This document shows, in pieces, positions 1 to 12,889 of a stretch of 64,000 nt of DNA. The DNA is taken from NCBI RefSeq assembly GCF_044704955.1, contig NC_091995.1:17980001-18044000 (forward strand), given 5' to 3'. The position numbers and the translations under genes are program-made. This stretch comes from Pristiophorus japonicus (Eukaryota). The notes under the pieces are model-generated. The model searched no databases. It was not told where the DNA came from and was given only the letters and a program-made list of their open reading frames with translations. Positions within the stretch are counted from its first letter, which is position 1. Every line of letters begins with the position of its first letter.

Positions 1-2
1 AC

Positions 3-119
3 CTTTTCTCATACCGCAAACTGCGGAGAACATGAGGAAAGCGGCTAAAGCTCCAGCAATGATGTACACGGATGTGAAGCTGAACTGTGACGCCTCGGAT
101 TTCTCTGTGGTCGGTTTTC
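3..119 (-). CDS. Stalk + transmembrane exon of NKp30-like gene 1: (R)KPTTEKSEASQFSFTSVYIIAGALAAFLMFSAVCGMRK; gene continues beyond the left edge
   Basis: Acceptor ...ttccgaccag|G at 120/119 and donor G|gt at 3/2. 117 nt, phase 1-1, matching the upstream V exon. About 21 hydrophobic residues followed by RK. Confidence 0.8.
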
Positions 120-448
120 CTGGTCGGAAGACAAAATAAGAGATTGGTTTCACCCAGAACACCACTTGCTACCTCCCACTTTCCCTGCGAGTGAATGTAC
201 ACTGTGCCCCGAAACCAACCAATATATATCGTAATTTCAATGGACTGATGCAGTCGTGCTGGTTTTATCCATCTCTCCTACGTTTGCTGATTGGGCTTGT
301 GATATTAGTTATTTATATTTTATTATTTTAACGGCTTTTTAAAAATTAATTAAAGTCAATTGTTATCGAAAATATATCGTGACAAAACTCTTAAAGATTA
401 TAATCTCGTGATTGAATTAGCTGTTCTCAGTACTCTACGCGTTTTTTA

Positions 449-800
449 TGTGTCAGAGTGTATGCATATGTGTTAATGTAGGCATATGTGTTAATGTAAG
501 CTTGTGTGTGAGTGTTTATATGTGTGTGTATGCATGCGTATCTGCGTGTGAGTGTGTATCCGTGTGTATATGTGTGTGTTTGTGTCTGTATATCTGTCTG
601 TGTCTGTATCTCTGTTTGCATATCTGTGTGTATATGTGTATGTATGTGTGTGTATGTGCGTGTGTGTGTATAGCTGTGTGTGCACATGTGCGTGTGTGTG
701 TGTGTATTTGTGCGTGTGTGCATGTGTCTGGGTGTATGAGTGCGTTATTCTATGGGTGTGTGTTTGTATGCGTGTGTGTCTGTATGTGTAAGTTTGTGCA
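449..800. repeat. Degenerate (TG)n/(TA)n microsatellite
   Basis: Visible alternating tg/ta/cg dinucleotides. Confidence 0.95.
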
Positions 801-904
801 GACTATCATAACTTTTTAATAAATGTTTTGGTGATAAAGTGGAGATATTTATTAAACACAAAGGGAGACATGCTTATAACCCATGCATCCGGACATAGAA
901 ATAG

Positions 905-1160
905 AAATAATAACAGAAAAAAATAACAGAAAATGCTGTATTTACTCAGCAAGTCAGATGGCGTCTATTGAGAAAGAAACAGAATTATCGTTTCAGGTCG
1001 ATGGACTTGAGTCAGTATTGGAAAAAAAAGTTAGAGGTGTAACAGATTTTAAGCCATGCGGGGCAGGAATGTGGGGACGGAGGAAAGAATAAAAGAGAAG
1101 GCCTGTGATAGGCAGAAGTGATTATATGACAGAAGGTATGATAGGACAACGCAAAAGTCA
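905..1160. repeat. Decayed elasmobranch interspersed repeat fragment, family unassigned
   Basis: Motif aacagaaaatgctg...actcagc...agaaagaaacag; a related decayed piece appears in the opposite orientation near 18330-18425. Confidence 0.35.
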
Positions 1161-1308
1161 TAGAAATATAATATTTTCCTCATTTTCATTAGGTTGACAT
1201 ATTTTCTTTACGTGTAAGATCCTCCAAGTTTAGTCTGCTGTGATATAGTAACGGACTGACCGACTCGGGAATTATGGTGGAAAAGTTTGCAAGAAGCAGT
1301 CAACTCAC

Positions 1309-1647
1309 GCAGTACATTAAGCATTGTTCCTTGTCCGTATGTTTCGGCCACTTCCATTAGTTCCACTTTGCAGTAGTAATTCCCTGAATCATACTGTCTC
1401 ACGTCTTTGATAGAAATGGAAGCGTCCCTCCTTTGCGTGAAATCCTCGGCACTTGCCCGGGATAGACGCCCGCTGAATTCCGTCGTTTGGTCGCTGACTT
1501 CAGGTCCACCTTTAAAGTTTTTGTGCCAATTGAAATTACCGACCCCTGGAGGCCCTTCATGCGTGCAGTTCATGAGCACCGACTGCCTCTCCGTGGCGTT
1601 AATGAAGGACGGGATTTTAATTACTTTGATGTTGTCTGCAGCAATTC
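1309..1647 (-). CDS. NCR3: V(J)-type Ig domain exon of NKp30/NCR3-like gene 1
   Basis: Splice sites cag|GA and C|gtgagt, 339 nt, phase 1-1. Canonical Cys-Trp-DSGNYYC and J-like YGQGTMLNV. GPEVSDQTTEFSGRL and ASISIKDVRQYDSGNYYCKVE align by eye with human NKp30 GKEVRNGTPEFRGRL and AELHIRDVRGHDASIYVCRVE. Orthology not tested. Confidence 0.85.
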
Positions 1648-2039
1648 CTGCCAATAGATGATGATATGTGATTAGCAAGACGCACCGAGTTCTAACTTCA
1701 TCTGAACCAAGTGCTGAAGATGCGGGAGGCCTCCAGTGAAGAGGCCAGAGGGACCGTGCCAATCCGGACAGTCAGTGGTGAAGGGACATTCGAAATGCAG
1801 TAACCTTGATCCCGCTGGGTGTGTTTTTCCAAGGCACCGCGCCATAGTTATGGCCTTATTAGCATGGGAGGATTACGAGACCACCAGTGCACGGACAGGC
1901 ATTTCCAATCAATTAACTTTAGCCGTTTTCTCACAACCCGCCCCGCTGCAGGAGTGGTGGCGTGGGGCCTCGGAAAATAAAATGGATTGGTTACAGCACA
2001 GAAGGAGGCCAATCAGCCCGTCGAACCCGTGCCGGCTCT

Positions 2040-2680
2040 CACTCTAAGAGAACTTCAGCTAGGGCCACTACTCCGCCCTTTCCCCGAGCGCTGCATTTTT
2101 TTCCTTTCAAAGCCATGCTTGAATCTGCGTCCACCACCCTTTCAGGCAGTACATTCCAGATCATAAACACTCCCTGCATAAAAATTTTTTTTTTCTCAGG
2201 TCTGCTCTGGTTCTTCTGCCAATCACCTTAAATCTGTGTCCTCGTCTTCTCGACCCTTCCACTAACGGGAACAGTTTCTCTCTATCTACTCTGGCTGAAA
2301 ACCTCATTCCACCCATTGGGGTGGATTTCCGTCTTTACCAACTGGATGCTACACGTCTTGGGAGCAAGGAGAAAGGGGCCATAATCTTAGAATAAGGACC
2401 TACCTATTTAAAACTGAGATGAGGAGGAATTTCTTCTCTCAGAGGGTTGTAAATCTGTGGAATTCGCTGCCGCAGAGAGCTGTGGAGGCTGGGTCATTAA
2501 TATATTGAAGGTGGAATTGGACAGCTTTTTCAGTGTTAAGGGACTAAATGGTTATGCGGAGCGGGCATGGAAGTGGACCTGAGTTCATGATCGGATCAGC
2601 CATGATCGCATTAAATGGCGGAGCAGCATCGAGAGGCTGTTATAGCCAACACCTGCTCCTATTTCTTATGTTCTTATAAA
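2040..2680. mobile_element. Two CR1 LINE 3' fragments (minus ~2040-2310; plus ~2352-2680)
   Basis: FFSQRVVNLWNSLP-type coding remnant, 3' UTR and ttcttatg tail. Confidence 0.8.
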
Positions 2681-3029
2681 ATCCATAGTGAGTTTCTCGG
2701 AAGATAGATCCGAGCAGATGTCCTCTATTGGTTTGAACGGGAGGAACATTGTGTAAGTGATTTTACCGCCTAGGATCCTCGACACCAGATTTTCCTTCCT
2801 GCATTCCACCCAGTTGATACATAAAGCCCAGGTAGTAAAGGCAAAATAGGAAACCATAATTTCAGCAAGCATGATTGATCACTCCTCAGTGTCACAATTA
2901 TATAATATTACACAGTATATCTATCTATCAAACAATTTATCACACATGCTTGGCCCAGTTGGTAACAGTTGGGAATCAGGGGGAAAACACTTAACTGGCT
3001 GGAGTCAAACCAAGAACAAAGGAAGATGG

Positions 3030-3995
3030 TTGTTGTGGTTAATCATTCCAGACCCAGAACATCACTGTAGCAGTTCCTCAGGGCCGTGTTCTAGGCACAA
3101 CCAAAATCAGCTGAATCATCAGTGAACTTCCCTCCATCATAAGGTCAGAAGTGGGGATGCACGCCAATGACTACACCGTGTTCAGTGCCACTCATAATTG
3201 CTTAGAAAATGAAGCATGCTGCAAAATCTGGAAAACATTCAGGCTTGGACTGCTAAGTAGCAAGTAACTTTCATACCACACAAGTGCCAGTCAATGACCA
3301 TCTCCAACAAGCGAGAGTCTAACCATTATGCCATGACATTCAATGGCATTGCCATCGCTGAATCCCCACCATCAACATCCTGGGGGTGAACATTGACCAG
3401 AACCTTAACTTCAGCAGCCACATAAATACTGTGGCAACAAGAGCAGGTCAGAGGCTGGGTACTCTGCGGCAAGTGTCTAACTTCCTGACTCCCCAAAGCC
3501 TTTCCACCATGTACAAGGCACAAGTCAAGAGTGCGATGGTATACTCTCCACTTGCCTGGATGAATGCAGCTCCAACAACACTCAAGAAGTTCGATACCAT
3601 CCAGGACAAAGCAGCCCCCTTGATTGGCAACCCATCCACCATCTTCAATATTCACTCCCTCCACCACCGGCACACCGTGGCTGCAGTGTGTACCATCTAC
3701 AAGATGCACTGCAGCAACTCGCCAAGTCTTCTTTGGCGACACCTCCCAAACCCACGCCTCTACCACCTAGCAGGACAAGGTCAGCAGGCGCATGGGAACA
3801 ACACCATCACCACGTTCACCTCCGAGTCACACACCATCCTAACTTTGAAATTTATAGGCAGTTCCAGCACTGTGGGAGCACACCGATTGCAGCAGTTCAA
3901 CAAGGTAGCTTACCACCACTTTCTCAAGGGCAATTAGGGACGGGCAATAAATACTGGCCTTCCCACCGACGCCCACGTCCTACGAATGAAAAAAA
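3030..3995 (+). mobile_element. Non-LTR retrotransposon 3' part (CR1/L2-like 'family B'), includes ORF 3386-3937
   Basis: ORF2 C-terminal-like translation (IDQNLNFSSHI...MYKAQV...YSPLAW). Its 3' end ttctcaagggcaattaggga...aataaa...gaatgaaaaaaa recurs at 8255-8548, 11355-12240, 20755-20850, 22585-22860, 28180-28390 and 29600-29730. Confidence 0.8.
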
Positions 3996-4373
3996 GAATC
4001 CTAGCCTCTGTGTCAAGGTTGCAGGCTAACTCCAGAATTCAAAAATATAATTCTGGCCCATACACCAGTGTAGCGCCGCGCGGTGCAGTCACGGTTATGC
4101 CGATAAAGTTGAGGGCCCTCTGTGCATTCAGTTGGTTCAAGGGGCTGTAAAAAAAATGCCATGTTACTATTCGACGAAGGCGAGAAACATCTCCGGTGCC
4201 CCGGCCCACTGTCCTTCCCAATTAACACCAGCACCTCATTTATGTGCGATCTCAGCCCCTTACTTTGCTGCCTATTAGCCGAGCGCCGCCACTGCTCTGT
4301 TTCAATGCGAGGCGCTGTGATGTCTTTCTGAGCGACCCTTCTCTGACTGGACTATTGCACAGTTGGTACTTGC

Positions 4374-4416
4374 CAGAGACAAGGATCAGCGCCCAAATTA
4401 TGTATCGGGAATCCAT
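4374..4416 (-). CDS. Leader exon of NKp30-like gene 1 (MDSRYIIWALILVS-G), non-canonical GC donor
   Basis: 43 nt, phase 1, donor G|gcaagt. Joining to the V exon gives MDSRYIIWALILVSGIAADNIKV, a plausible signal peptide. Confidence 0.65.
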
Positions 4417-5184
4417 CTGGTCTTTTGCTGCACTAACATGAAATGAGGAAGCAATAAGCAGTCGGCAGATAGGCGAGTTGAAGAAATGCACCTTTCTCCA
4501 TCAGCGTGAAAGTGACGCAGGGGAAGAGGTGGGTGTGAATGAGGTTGTATGTCCGCTCTTTACTCTCCTTCATGTGCACACGCGTTTGCGCACTTCATAA
4601 CAAGCTATGTTTCCTCTCGTATAGTTAAAAATCACAACTATAGATCCAGCAACTCCGGGATTCTGAACTGTACGAATAAAGGCATTCTAATCTATTTCAG
4701 ATCCTGAAGATTGTTTCACACGGAACTTGAAACTGGGTCGGTTCATGCTTTGATGTTGCGTCTATGAGCGCTCACGCTATTCATTGTTGGGTTAACGCCC
4801 CGGCTTTCAAAGGTGTAGTTCAGCGACTTTTCGATACGTATCCGAACGGTTTTAGTTTAATTAAGATGTGGATAGAACGTTATCAATTCAATCTATTGTC
4901 TGCAGAGGACCCGTGTGACGGTCTGCATAACCTTAGTGATACCCGTAAGACAAGCTGTAACCTAGTGCTAAATACTGAGTGACGTGAAAACCAATAATGT
5001 AAATGTTCTAATATATATATATACATCGATAGAAAAGAACACGTTTACGGACGGCATTATACAGCATAAATGGCTTTTTTATATAGATGCACACACATAT
5101 AAGTGTGTGTGTGTGTGCGTGTGTGTGTGTGTACAATTGTGAAGCGCCCAGTTACAGTGGAGAGACAGAACATGTTTCCCTTGG

Positions 5185-6600
5185 TCTATAACTAGATAGG
5201 CCACAGCTGGAGTATGCGTGCAGTTCCGGTCACCACATTGCAGGAAATATGTGATTGCACTAGAGAGGGTACAGAGGAGGTTTATGAGGATATTTCCAGG
5301 ACTGGAAAATTTCAGCTATGATGAAAGATTGCATTTTCCTATGGAACAGAGGAGGCCAAGGTGAGATTTAATTGAGGTGCATAAAATTATGAGGGGCCCA
5401 GATAGAGTGGATAGGAAGGATCTATTTCCCCAAGCACAAAGGTCAGTAACCAAGGGGCATAGATTTGAAGTATTTAGTAGAAGGATTAGAGGGGATTTGA
5501 GGAGAACATTTTTCACCCAGAGAGTTGTGGGGCTCCGGAATCATGGAATCATAGAAATATACAGCAGAGACGGAGGCCATTCGGCCTATTGTGTCCCTGT
5601 TGGCCGAAAATGAGCTATCCAGCTTAATCCCATTTTGCAGCTCTTGGTCCGTAGTCTTATAGGTTATGGCACTTCAAGTGTATATCCAAGTATTTTTTAA
5701 ATGCTATGAGGGTTTCTGCCTCCACCACCCTTTGAGGCAGTGAGAGCCAGACCCCCACCATCCGCTGGGTGAAAAAGATTCTCCTCATATCCCCTCTAAA
5801 TCTCCTACCAATCACTTTAAAGCTATGCCCCCCGCCCCGGTTATTGACCCCTCTGCTAAGGGGAATCGGTCGTTCCTATCCACTCTATCTAAGCCTCTCA
5901 TAATTCTATGCACCTCAATCAGGTCTCCCCTCAGCCTCTTCTGTTCCACAGAAAAAACCTCAGCCTACCTAATCTTAGCTCATAGTTAAAATGATCTAGT
6001 TCAGGCAACACCCTCGCAAATCTCCTGTGTACCCTCTCTAGTTCAAACACATCGTTCCTGTAATGTGGTCACTAGAACTGCAAGCTGTACTCTAACTGCT
6101 GCCTAACTCCTGTTTTAGACAGTTCAAGTGTAAACCCTCTGCATTTATGGTCTATCCCTCGGCTAATATAGGCAAGTATCCCATATGCCTTCTTAACCAC
6201 CTTATCTACCTGCCCTGCTACCTTCAGGGATCAGTGGACATGCCCTCCTAGGTCTCTCTTTTCCTCTACAGTTCTAAGTGAATTACAATTTATTATATAT
6301 TCCCTTGTCTTGCCCACCCTCCCCAAATGCATTACATCACACTTCTCCGGATTGAATCCTAATTTACCAATATTCTGCCCACCTGAGCACACCATGGAAC
6401 TCACTGCCTGAAAGGATGGTAGAGGAAGATACCCTCGGCATACTTAAAAAGTACTTCAATATGCACTTGAAATGCCGTAACCTGTAAGGATACCGACCAA
6501 GGTGTAAGTGGGAGTAAGCTGCACAGCTCTTTTTTAGGCCGGAGAAGACACGACGGGCCGAAAAGCCTCCTTCTGTGCCATAGAACTCAATGATTCTATG
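5185..6600. mobile_element. Nested CR1 LINEs: plus copy (~5185-5540 and ~6395-6600) interrupted by a minus copy (~5540-6390)
   Basis: The plus copy breaks at FFTQRVVG..ggaa and resumes at ggaactcactgcctgaaagg; the inserted copy starts with an atcatagaa tail. Confidence 0.8.
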
Positions 6601-8549
6601 TATTATACCATCAACACGCTTGCTTCATTATGCAGCGGGTGAAGTTTGATCTGTACTGCCTCAGCATTAGGTGTCGCCGGGGAGGATTGCAGAGAGGAAA
6701 GTCGGACGGGGAGCATCCTTCTGGTAAGGGTGTTCGTGCCGATTCTTTTCATTTAACAGAATGGAAGCAGAATGGGGGAGGGGTAGAGGGAGAGGGGCCG
6801 ATGGTGATGGTGTGCGACTACCCTCCTCCCCTGACAGCTCTCCCCAGTGTCTCCTTTGCGCTCTGCCCAGACAGTACTTAACGCCCATGGGGTCAGGACC
6901 AGACTCAAATCCCCAGAAGCTACACCACAGTTATGACAACTCAGAGCCATTGGCTGTTTATAAAGCGCTCCTAGATATTGCGGAAACCCTAACAGGATGC
7001 TACCTAAATTCAAGTAGCATTTTTTGTTTTGCTTGCACAAGTTTGCATTGTGCGTGCTGTACGTGCTTACGTTAGAGGAATAATTGGTGTTCTATAATAA
7101 TGGCCTGATTGGTATTAGAATCCAATCCTCTCCACTTTGAATGCAATTTGGAATTGTGCGCACTGGCGTTAACTTTGCTGAAACCCATTGGTAAGGTACC
7201 CAACGGTAGCGTAGTTGTTCTGTTACTGAGACGAGTTATCCAGAAGCCTGGGCTACGAATCCGTGACTTAATCCGTGAGGCTACGGACCAAGAGCTGGAA
7301 AGTGGGATTCGGTTGGAAAGCTCTTTGATGGCCTGCACGGACTCGATGGCCTGAAATGGCCTCCCGTCCGTGCTGTGAATATCTATGATAGCTATGATTC
7401 TGTGATTCGATGAAATCCCAGCACGGCGTTTTCCCCAGGGGTTCTAGCGATCTTAAGAGATCTAGAAACCCCGCCCCACCCAACCCCCTGTCCCTTGCAG
7501 TTTGTGTTGTTTGCACCCTGTGCAGTTAACTACAAATGTTCGCTGTTTTATTTGGTAGCTGCACTTAAGCAATTGCAACATACCACAGACTAGCTTCAAC
7601 TGCAAATACATGTTATTGTTATTACCACTGGATAGTCTGACTTCTTAGCAAGAGTATTTAAAGGACCTCTGGTAGCGGCGGTCAGAAATACTCAGTGACA
7701 GCACTACACAATTATGGTAAATTCGAAGCGCTTGCAAATCTCCAGCTGAACTAAACAGAAGAGATACGTGCAAAATAGCACATGCTTTCTGCTCCATGCT
7801 TACAGTGGTATTCTGCACTGAAACCACAACTGAAGGAAGCGTACCAAAGAAACGCTGTTACAACACAGTCGGCCACAGGTGCAGCTGTCTATCCTCAAAT
7901 AAATGAATATTACGGCCAGTCTAAAAAGAAACGCTTGTGTTTTACATCATTTCACATGCGAGCGAGAAATAAGGAAAATAGTTAAACCAGGAAAGACCAC
8001 GAGGAGTATCGGGGCCGCTGGTCCCATTGCCCAACGTTATTGCGGATAGTATCCCACACATTTAATCGACTGAGAGAGACGGTGTTCGTCATAAAGAATC
8101 TTTATTCCCCGAGTAAAAACTGAAGGATAGTTATCCATCTCTGCACCTTCAATGCACACTGTGTACTTATGAATACTTCAACAGCACGCACGTAGCACAG
8201 GAACCATTGTGTCCACTCCCAGTTTCCTAACAGCTGACAGAGATGCAAGGTTTTGTTTTACTCGTTCACGGTATGTGGACGTCACTGGCAAGGCCGGCAT
8301 TTATTGACCATTCCTAATTGCCCTTGAGAAGTTGAGCCGCCTTCTTGAACCGCTGCAGTCCATGTGTGACGGTACTCCCACCGAGCTGTTAGGGAGGGAG
8401 TTCCAGGATGTTGACCCAGCGACGATGAAGAAATGACAATATAGTACCAAATCAGGATGGTGTGTGAGCGTTGGGCAACTTGGAGGTGGTGGTGTTCACA
8501 TGCGCCTGCTGCCCTTGTCCTTCTAGGTGGTAGAGGTCGTGGATTTGGT

Positions 8550-11340
8550 CGTGAAAGATGTTTTGTATTGATAATCATAGACCCAGGTTCGGGATCTGGA
8601 TGAATGTTAAATAAGAGACAAGACAAATGAAGTAATGAATAAAATACCATTTACTGAGAGAAAAGAAACATTAATAATATAGTTTACGAAGAAAAGAGAA
8701 GCATGATAAGATGCAACAATACTCACGGCCTTCAGCCCGTCGGGAACTCTGCAGCAACGGCTGGTCTGGAGCCTTGGGGGTCCCGGCACCGTTCGCGAAT
8801 CACGGTCCAAAGTAAAGTTCAAAGAGCTATGGGACAGTGCCGCTCCTTTATACTATTAAACAAACATACTATTGAACAAAACATGGGTGCATGTGGCTTA
8901 TGGCCAACTCCTAATCTGTAAGGCCCCAGGTGCTCCTCCATAAAGCATGAGATCTCGAGGCGCCGACCGTCTCATAACAAGCTGGTGTGCGTCCCAAGAT
9001 CGCTTCCCTCTCTCTCTCTCTCTCTATAACAACAATATTCCACTAGGCATGAAGCAGAGACACGATGTAAATGACTAAATATCATAATTAACCCTATGTG
9101 ATTAACCCTATACAATACAATCCACCCTTGATATTTAGACATTCTAAGTAATATAATCAAGTTGAAGGCGTAATGCATCAGTTAGACGTTGAGTATGCGC
9201 AAGCAACGCCCGCAATCTACACCTAAGAATACATACAAGCAGTAATATCAGTAATATGCGACGAGTAAAACAACGATAGGATGTATTAACAGTTTCAAAG
9301 TGACAGATGTTTTTGGGGACCATCCGTAAAAGATGCCCCACCAATACAATCCACCCTTGATCGTCTTGCGTACGATCAGTGTTTGCTAACCGCCACCCTA
9401 TATGGTCATCCCATGCTGTGTTTGAGGATGGAAGTAGCACAGTCACAGATAACTAGACACAGAGTATGGCCAGCACGAGCTGGTAAGTCGCCATTTTGGG
9501 CAGAATTCCTGTGGGAGGAAGCATAAGTATATTAATTCAGCACCGTTTAGTCAATTTACCCTTGTCAACACAGAGAGGAATATCTTAACCAGTCAGGAGC
9601 ACCCAATAAGTGTTTCCTTCTCCTTTCGCTAAGATTTCCCCTGCTTGTAAGGGTTTCTGGGGGTACTGCACGCACACTTATCCTCCTTCACAAACTGTGT
9701 CCTGAGTCTGATTTTCTTTTTCAATAGTAGTGACACTAACTTTGCCTAACATGTGGCTTATGGGAGTTCCCCCCCACCCCCCCCCCCCCCCCCCGCAATG
9801 GTCGGTGATTCAGATTGCGCACTGCTTGTGGTAAGACCTTTAACCACCCTTGCAATGTGTTAGTAGGAGTTAATATTTTAATCTGTTGCTCAAGTAGTCC
9901 AGCCATACATTCTAATAACTCTGAAGCTTGCGGTTAGTAAGATTTACGAAACATCCAATACATCCCATTGTCTACCGCCCACTATTGCACTGTTTGACCT
10001 GTGAAGTGCGACCCATTATTGGACTGTACTTCTGCTGGCTCACCGTAGTATTTGATTACATTCTCCAGTCCTTTAATCGTATTTTGTTGATTCGCTTTAG
10101 TCACTGGATAAGTTATCAAAAGTCCAGAATAGGTATCAGCAGCAGTGAGCAAATATTGGAACCGTTGTTGCAATGGTAAAGGTCCTACATAATCAACTTG
10201 TCATATGTGTGCTGGTTGAGTCCCTCTCTTAATATAGGCACCGGGTTGTCGTTGTAGGGGAAAATGTTTCACCTTTTGACAAATTTCACAGATGTTTATG
10301 ATCTGTTTAACACCATCCATAGTCAAATGTAGCCCCCTATTTCGTGCCCATTGTATCGTACCCTGAATGCCTAAATGTCCAGATTTGTGGTTGGCCCACT
10401 TGCCTATGCCATATTCTTCCGCTTCCGCCTCTTTGACAGCCCGTACCTGGGCTATATTTTCAACGGTGTTATTATATTCAGAAGTCTTTGAAGTGTTTTT
10501 CATGTGAGCGTCCACATGACATAGTTATTTTCATCTTCTGGACTTTGGACCATATTTGTTCCCATTGGTGCTTTCCCCACAAGTTTTTCCCAGTTATTTG
10601 CCAGTTATGTTCATGCCAGTTTCGCATCCAGCTCGCCATGCCATTGGCTACTGCCCATGAGTTAGTATATATGTGTACTTATTGCTGTTCCTCTTCTAAC
10701 GCAAGGACCACAACTGCTAGTTCTGCAAGCTGGCTGGAGCCTGACATGCCCTTATCATGCACAATAGTCTGGGTGTTTGGATTGAAGGCAGTGGCTCGTC
10801 TTCGCCGAAGGTCATTTCGCCAGACCGCTGAGCCATCTGTGAACCAGGCATGGCTACGTTCTTCAGGTGTTAACTGTTCAAAAGACACACCCCAGGAGAG
10901 CGGTGAGTCTTGGGTTAAACTGACAGGTGACTGCGTAAGTTCACTCTCAGCTATTTGTGGGTATTCAGCCACATGCTCATGTAGTCGGGTGATTCCTTCT
11001 TTTCCTTTACTTGCTCTGTCTGCGATATACCATTTGCCGCACACTATGGAGCTTTGCTGCGCTCACCCGACCTTGTGTGTCTCATTTTTTGAGAGTGCCC
11101 AGGATAATATGGGTAGCTGACTTTGTCGTCCCCTGTCTGTCCTTCTGTTTCTGTTCGGGCCCAATAACATGCTAATGATTGTTTCTCAAATGGAGTGTAA
11201 TGAGTAGCAGTATCTGTCAATTTTCTAGACCAGAACCCTAACGGTATACGAGTGCCATGTTGAACCTGCCACAAACTCCATACTGCAGTATCATTGATAA
11301 CGGATACCTGTAGCTCAAAAGGCTGTCCAGGCACTCGCGG
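8550..11340 (-). mobile_element. 5'-truncated class III (ERV-L/spuma-related) endogenous retrovirus remnant: decayed pol, small 3' ORF, PPT and probable 3' LTR (~8550-9120)
   Basis: PLGFWSRKL..HYTPFEKQ.LACYW, RNase H WFTDGS / SSQLAEL / DAH, integrase H-x3-H...CEIC, and ERV-L-like PPT-LTR junction caagggtggat|tgt. LTR boundaries are approximate. Confidence 0.8.
9537..11340 (-). pseudogene. pol: Retroviral pol remnant (RT connection, RNase H, integrase) with stops and frameshifts
   Basis: ORF pieces 11044-11340, 10679-11044, 10201-10515 and 9982-10173, plus C-terminal GEILAKGEGNTYWV near 9600. Confidence 0.85.
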
Positions 11341-11354
11341 TGCTAGGGGTAAAG

Positions 11355-12240
11355 CTGTTGCAATACTGTGGCAACAAGAGCAGGTCAGAGGCTGGGTATT
11401 CTGTGGCGAGTGTCTCACCTCGTGACTCGCCAAAACCTTTCCACCACCTACAAGGCACAAGTCAGGAGTGTGATGGAATACTCCACACTTGTCTAGATGA
11501 GTGCAGCTCCAACAACACTCAAGAAACTCAACACCATCCAGGACAAAGCTTCCCGCTTGATTGGCACCCCATCCACCACTTTAACATTCACTCCGTCCAT
11601 CACCGATGTACTGTGGCTGCAGTGTGTACTATCTACAAGATGCGCTGCAGCCATCTTGGTTAATCCTTGCCACTGGACCAAGACCTAGCTCTGTCAAGCC
11701 CGTGCGGTGGCTGGTGTGCAACGGCCACCACACATTAAAAAATCCATGCACAGTCATCTTTCACCCTTCAACATGTAGCTTAGGACCTGAAATATTAGGT
11801 CCTTCATTGAAACACCTGTGAACTCATCCCTTTTTGGCATGCAATCAAGTCATCCTCGATACGAGGGACCACCTATGATGGTCTTGATGATGATGCACTG
11901 CAGCAACTCACCAAGAATTGTTCAGCAGCACCTCTCAAACCTGCGACCTCCAACACATAGAAGGACAATACCAGCAGGCACATGGGAACACCACCAGGTC
12001 CACGTTCCCCTCTTAGTCACACATCATCCTGACTTTGAAGTATATCGCTGTTTCTTCAGTGTCAGTGGGTAAAAATCCTACAACTCCCTCCCCAACAGCA
12101 CTGTGGGAGTACCTTCACCACACGGACTGCAGCGGTTCAAGAAGGCGGTTCACCACCATCTTCTCAAGGGCAATTAGGGATGGGCAATAAATGCTGGTTT
12201 TGCCAGTGACGGCCACATCCCATGAATGAATAAAAAAAAG
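11355..12240 (+). mobile_element. LINE family B 3' part, with a ~240-bp short element (11660-11895, (atg)n tail) inserted
   Basis: Homologous to 3030-3995. The insert is flanked by a duplicated gatgc(g/a)ctgcagc. Confidence 0.75.
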
Positions 12241-12384
12241 GTATGGCCAGCATTTTCCGCCCGTAGTTGCTTCAAATATAATTGGCAGAGCTGCTGCCTT
12301 GTGGGCCTGCACTGGGAGCAGGCAAGGCAGGTTCTTCAGGACACAAGTTAATGGCAGCAGAACCTGCTGGTCTACAACTATTTT

Positions 12385-12855
12385 AGTTGTGAACATTAAA
12401 AAAGTGCCCCCTGATTAAAGGGGGTCACAGTCCAAAAACTTTTCAAGTGCCCCCTTGCTTTTTTTGAGGGCATCAGAAACACAAATTATAAAAGTGCCCC
12501 CCCCCCGCCCCCCCCCCGGCTAAAAAGGGTGGGGCACAAAAACCGACAAACATAGACAAATTAAACCTTAAACATTAAGGATCAAATTAAAGTTAGGTTG
12601 CCGGGGATGATAATGCACGTCAGTCCCTCCAGCGCCCACCTCTCGCAGAAGGCCGCGATATACCGCTGGACACCGCATGCTCCATCTCCAGGGACACCTT
12701 GGCTCAGATGTAACCGTGGAAGAGAGGCAAGCAGTCGGGCTGAATGACCCCCTCGACCGCCGGCTGCCTGGACCGGGTGATGGCTGCCTTGGCCATGCCC
12801 AGGAGCAGTCCTACGAGGAGGTCTTCCGACCTTCCCGCTCCCCTCCGCACAGGAT
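12385..12855 (-). mobile_element. Tx1/L1-clade LINE 3' fragment
   Basis: ORF2 C-terminus-like ...AFCERWALEGLTCIIIPGNLTLI* followed by a G/T-rich 3' UTR. Confidence 0.6.
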
Positions 12856-12889
12856 TCAATAAAACTGTAATCCATTAATTTTCTGTCTC

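Noticed and set aside
427-819. His/Thr- and Cys/Val-rich ORFs
   Set aside because: Translations of a TG microsatellite.
1208-1762. The ORF-track proteins 1208-1762 and 22902-23369 as complete single-exon genes
   Set aside because: Splice sites bound the Ig domains; the ORF ends are intronic read-through.
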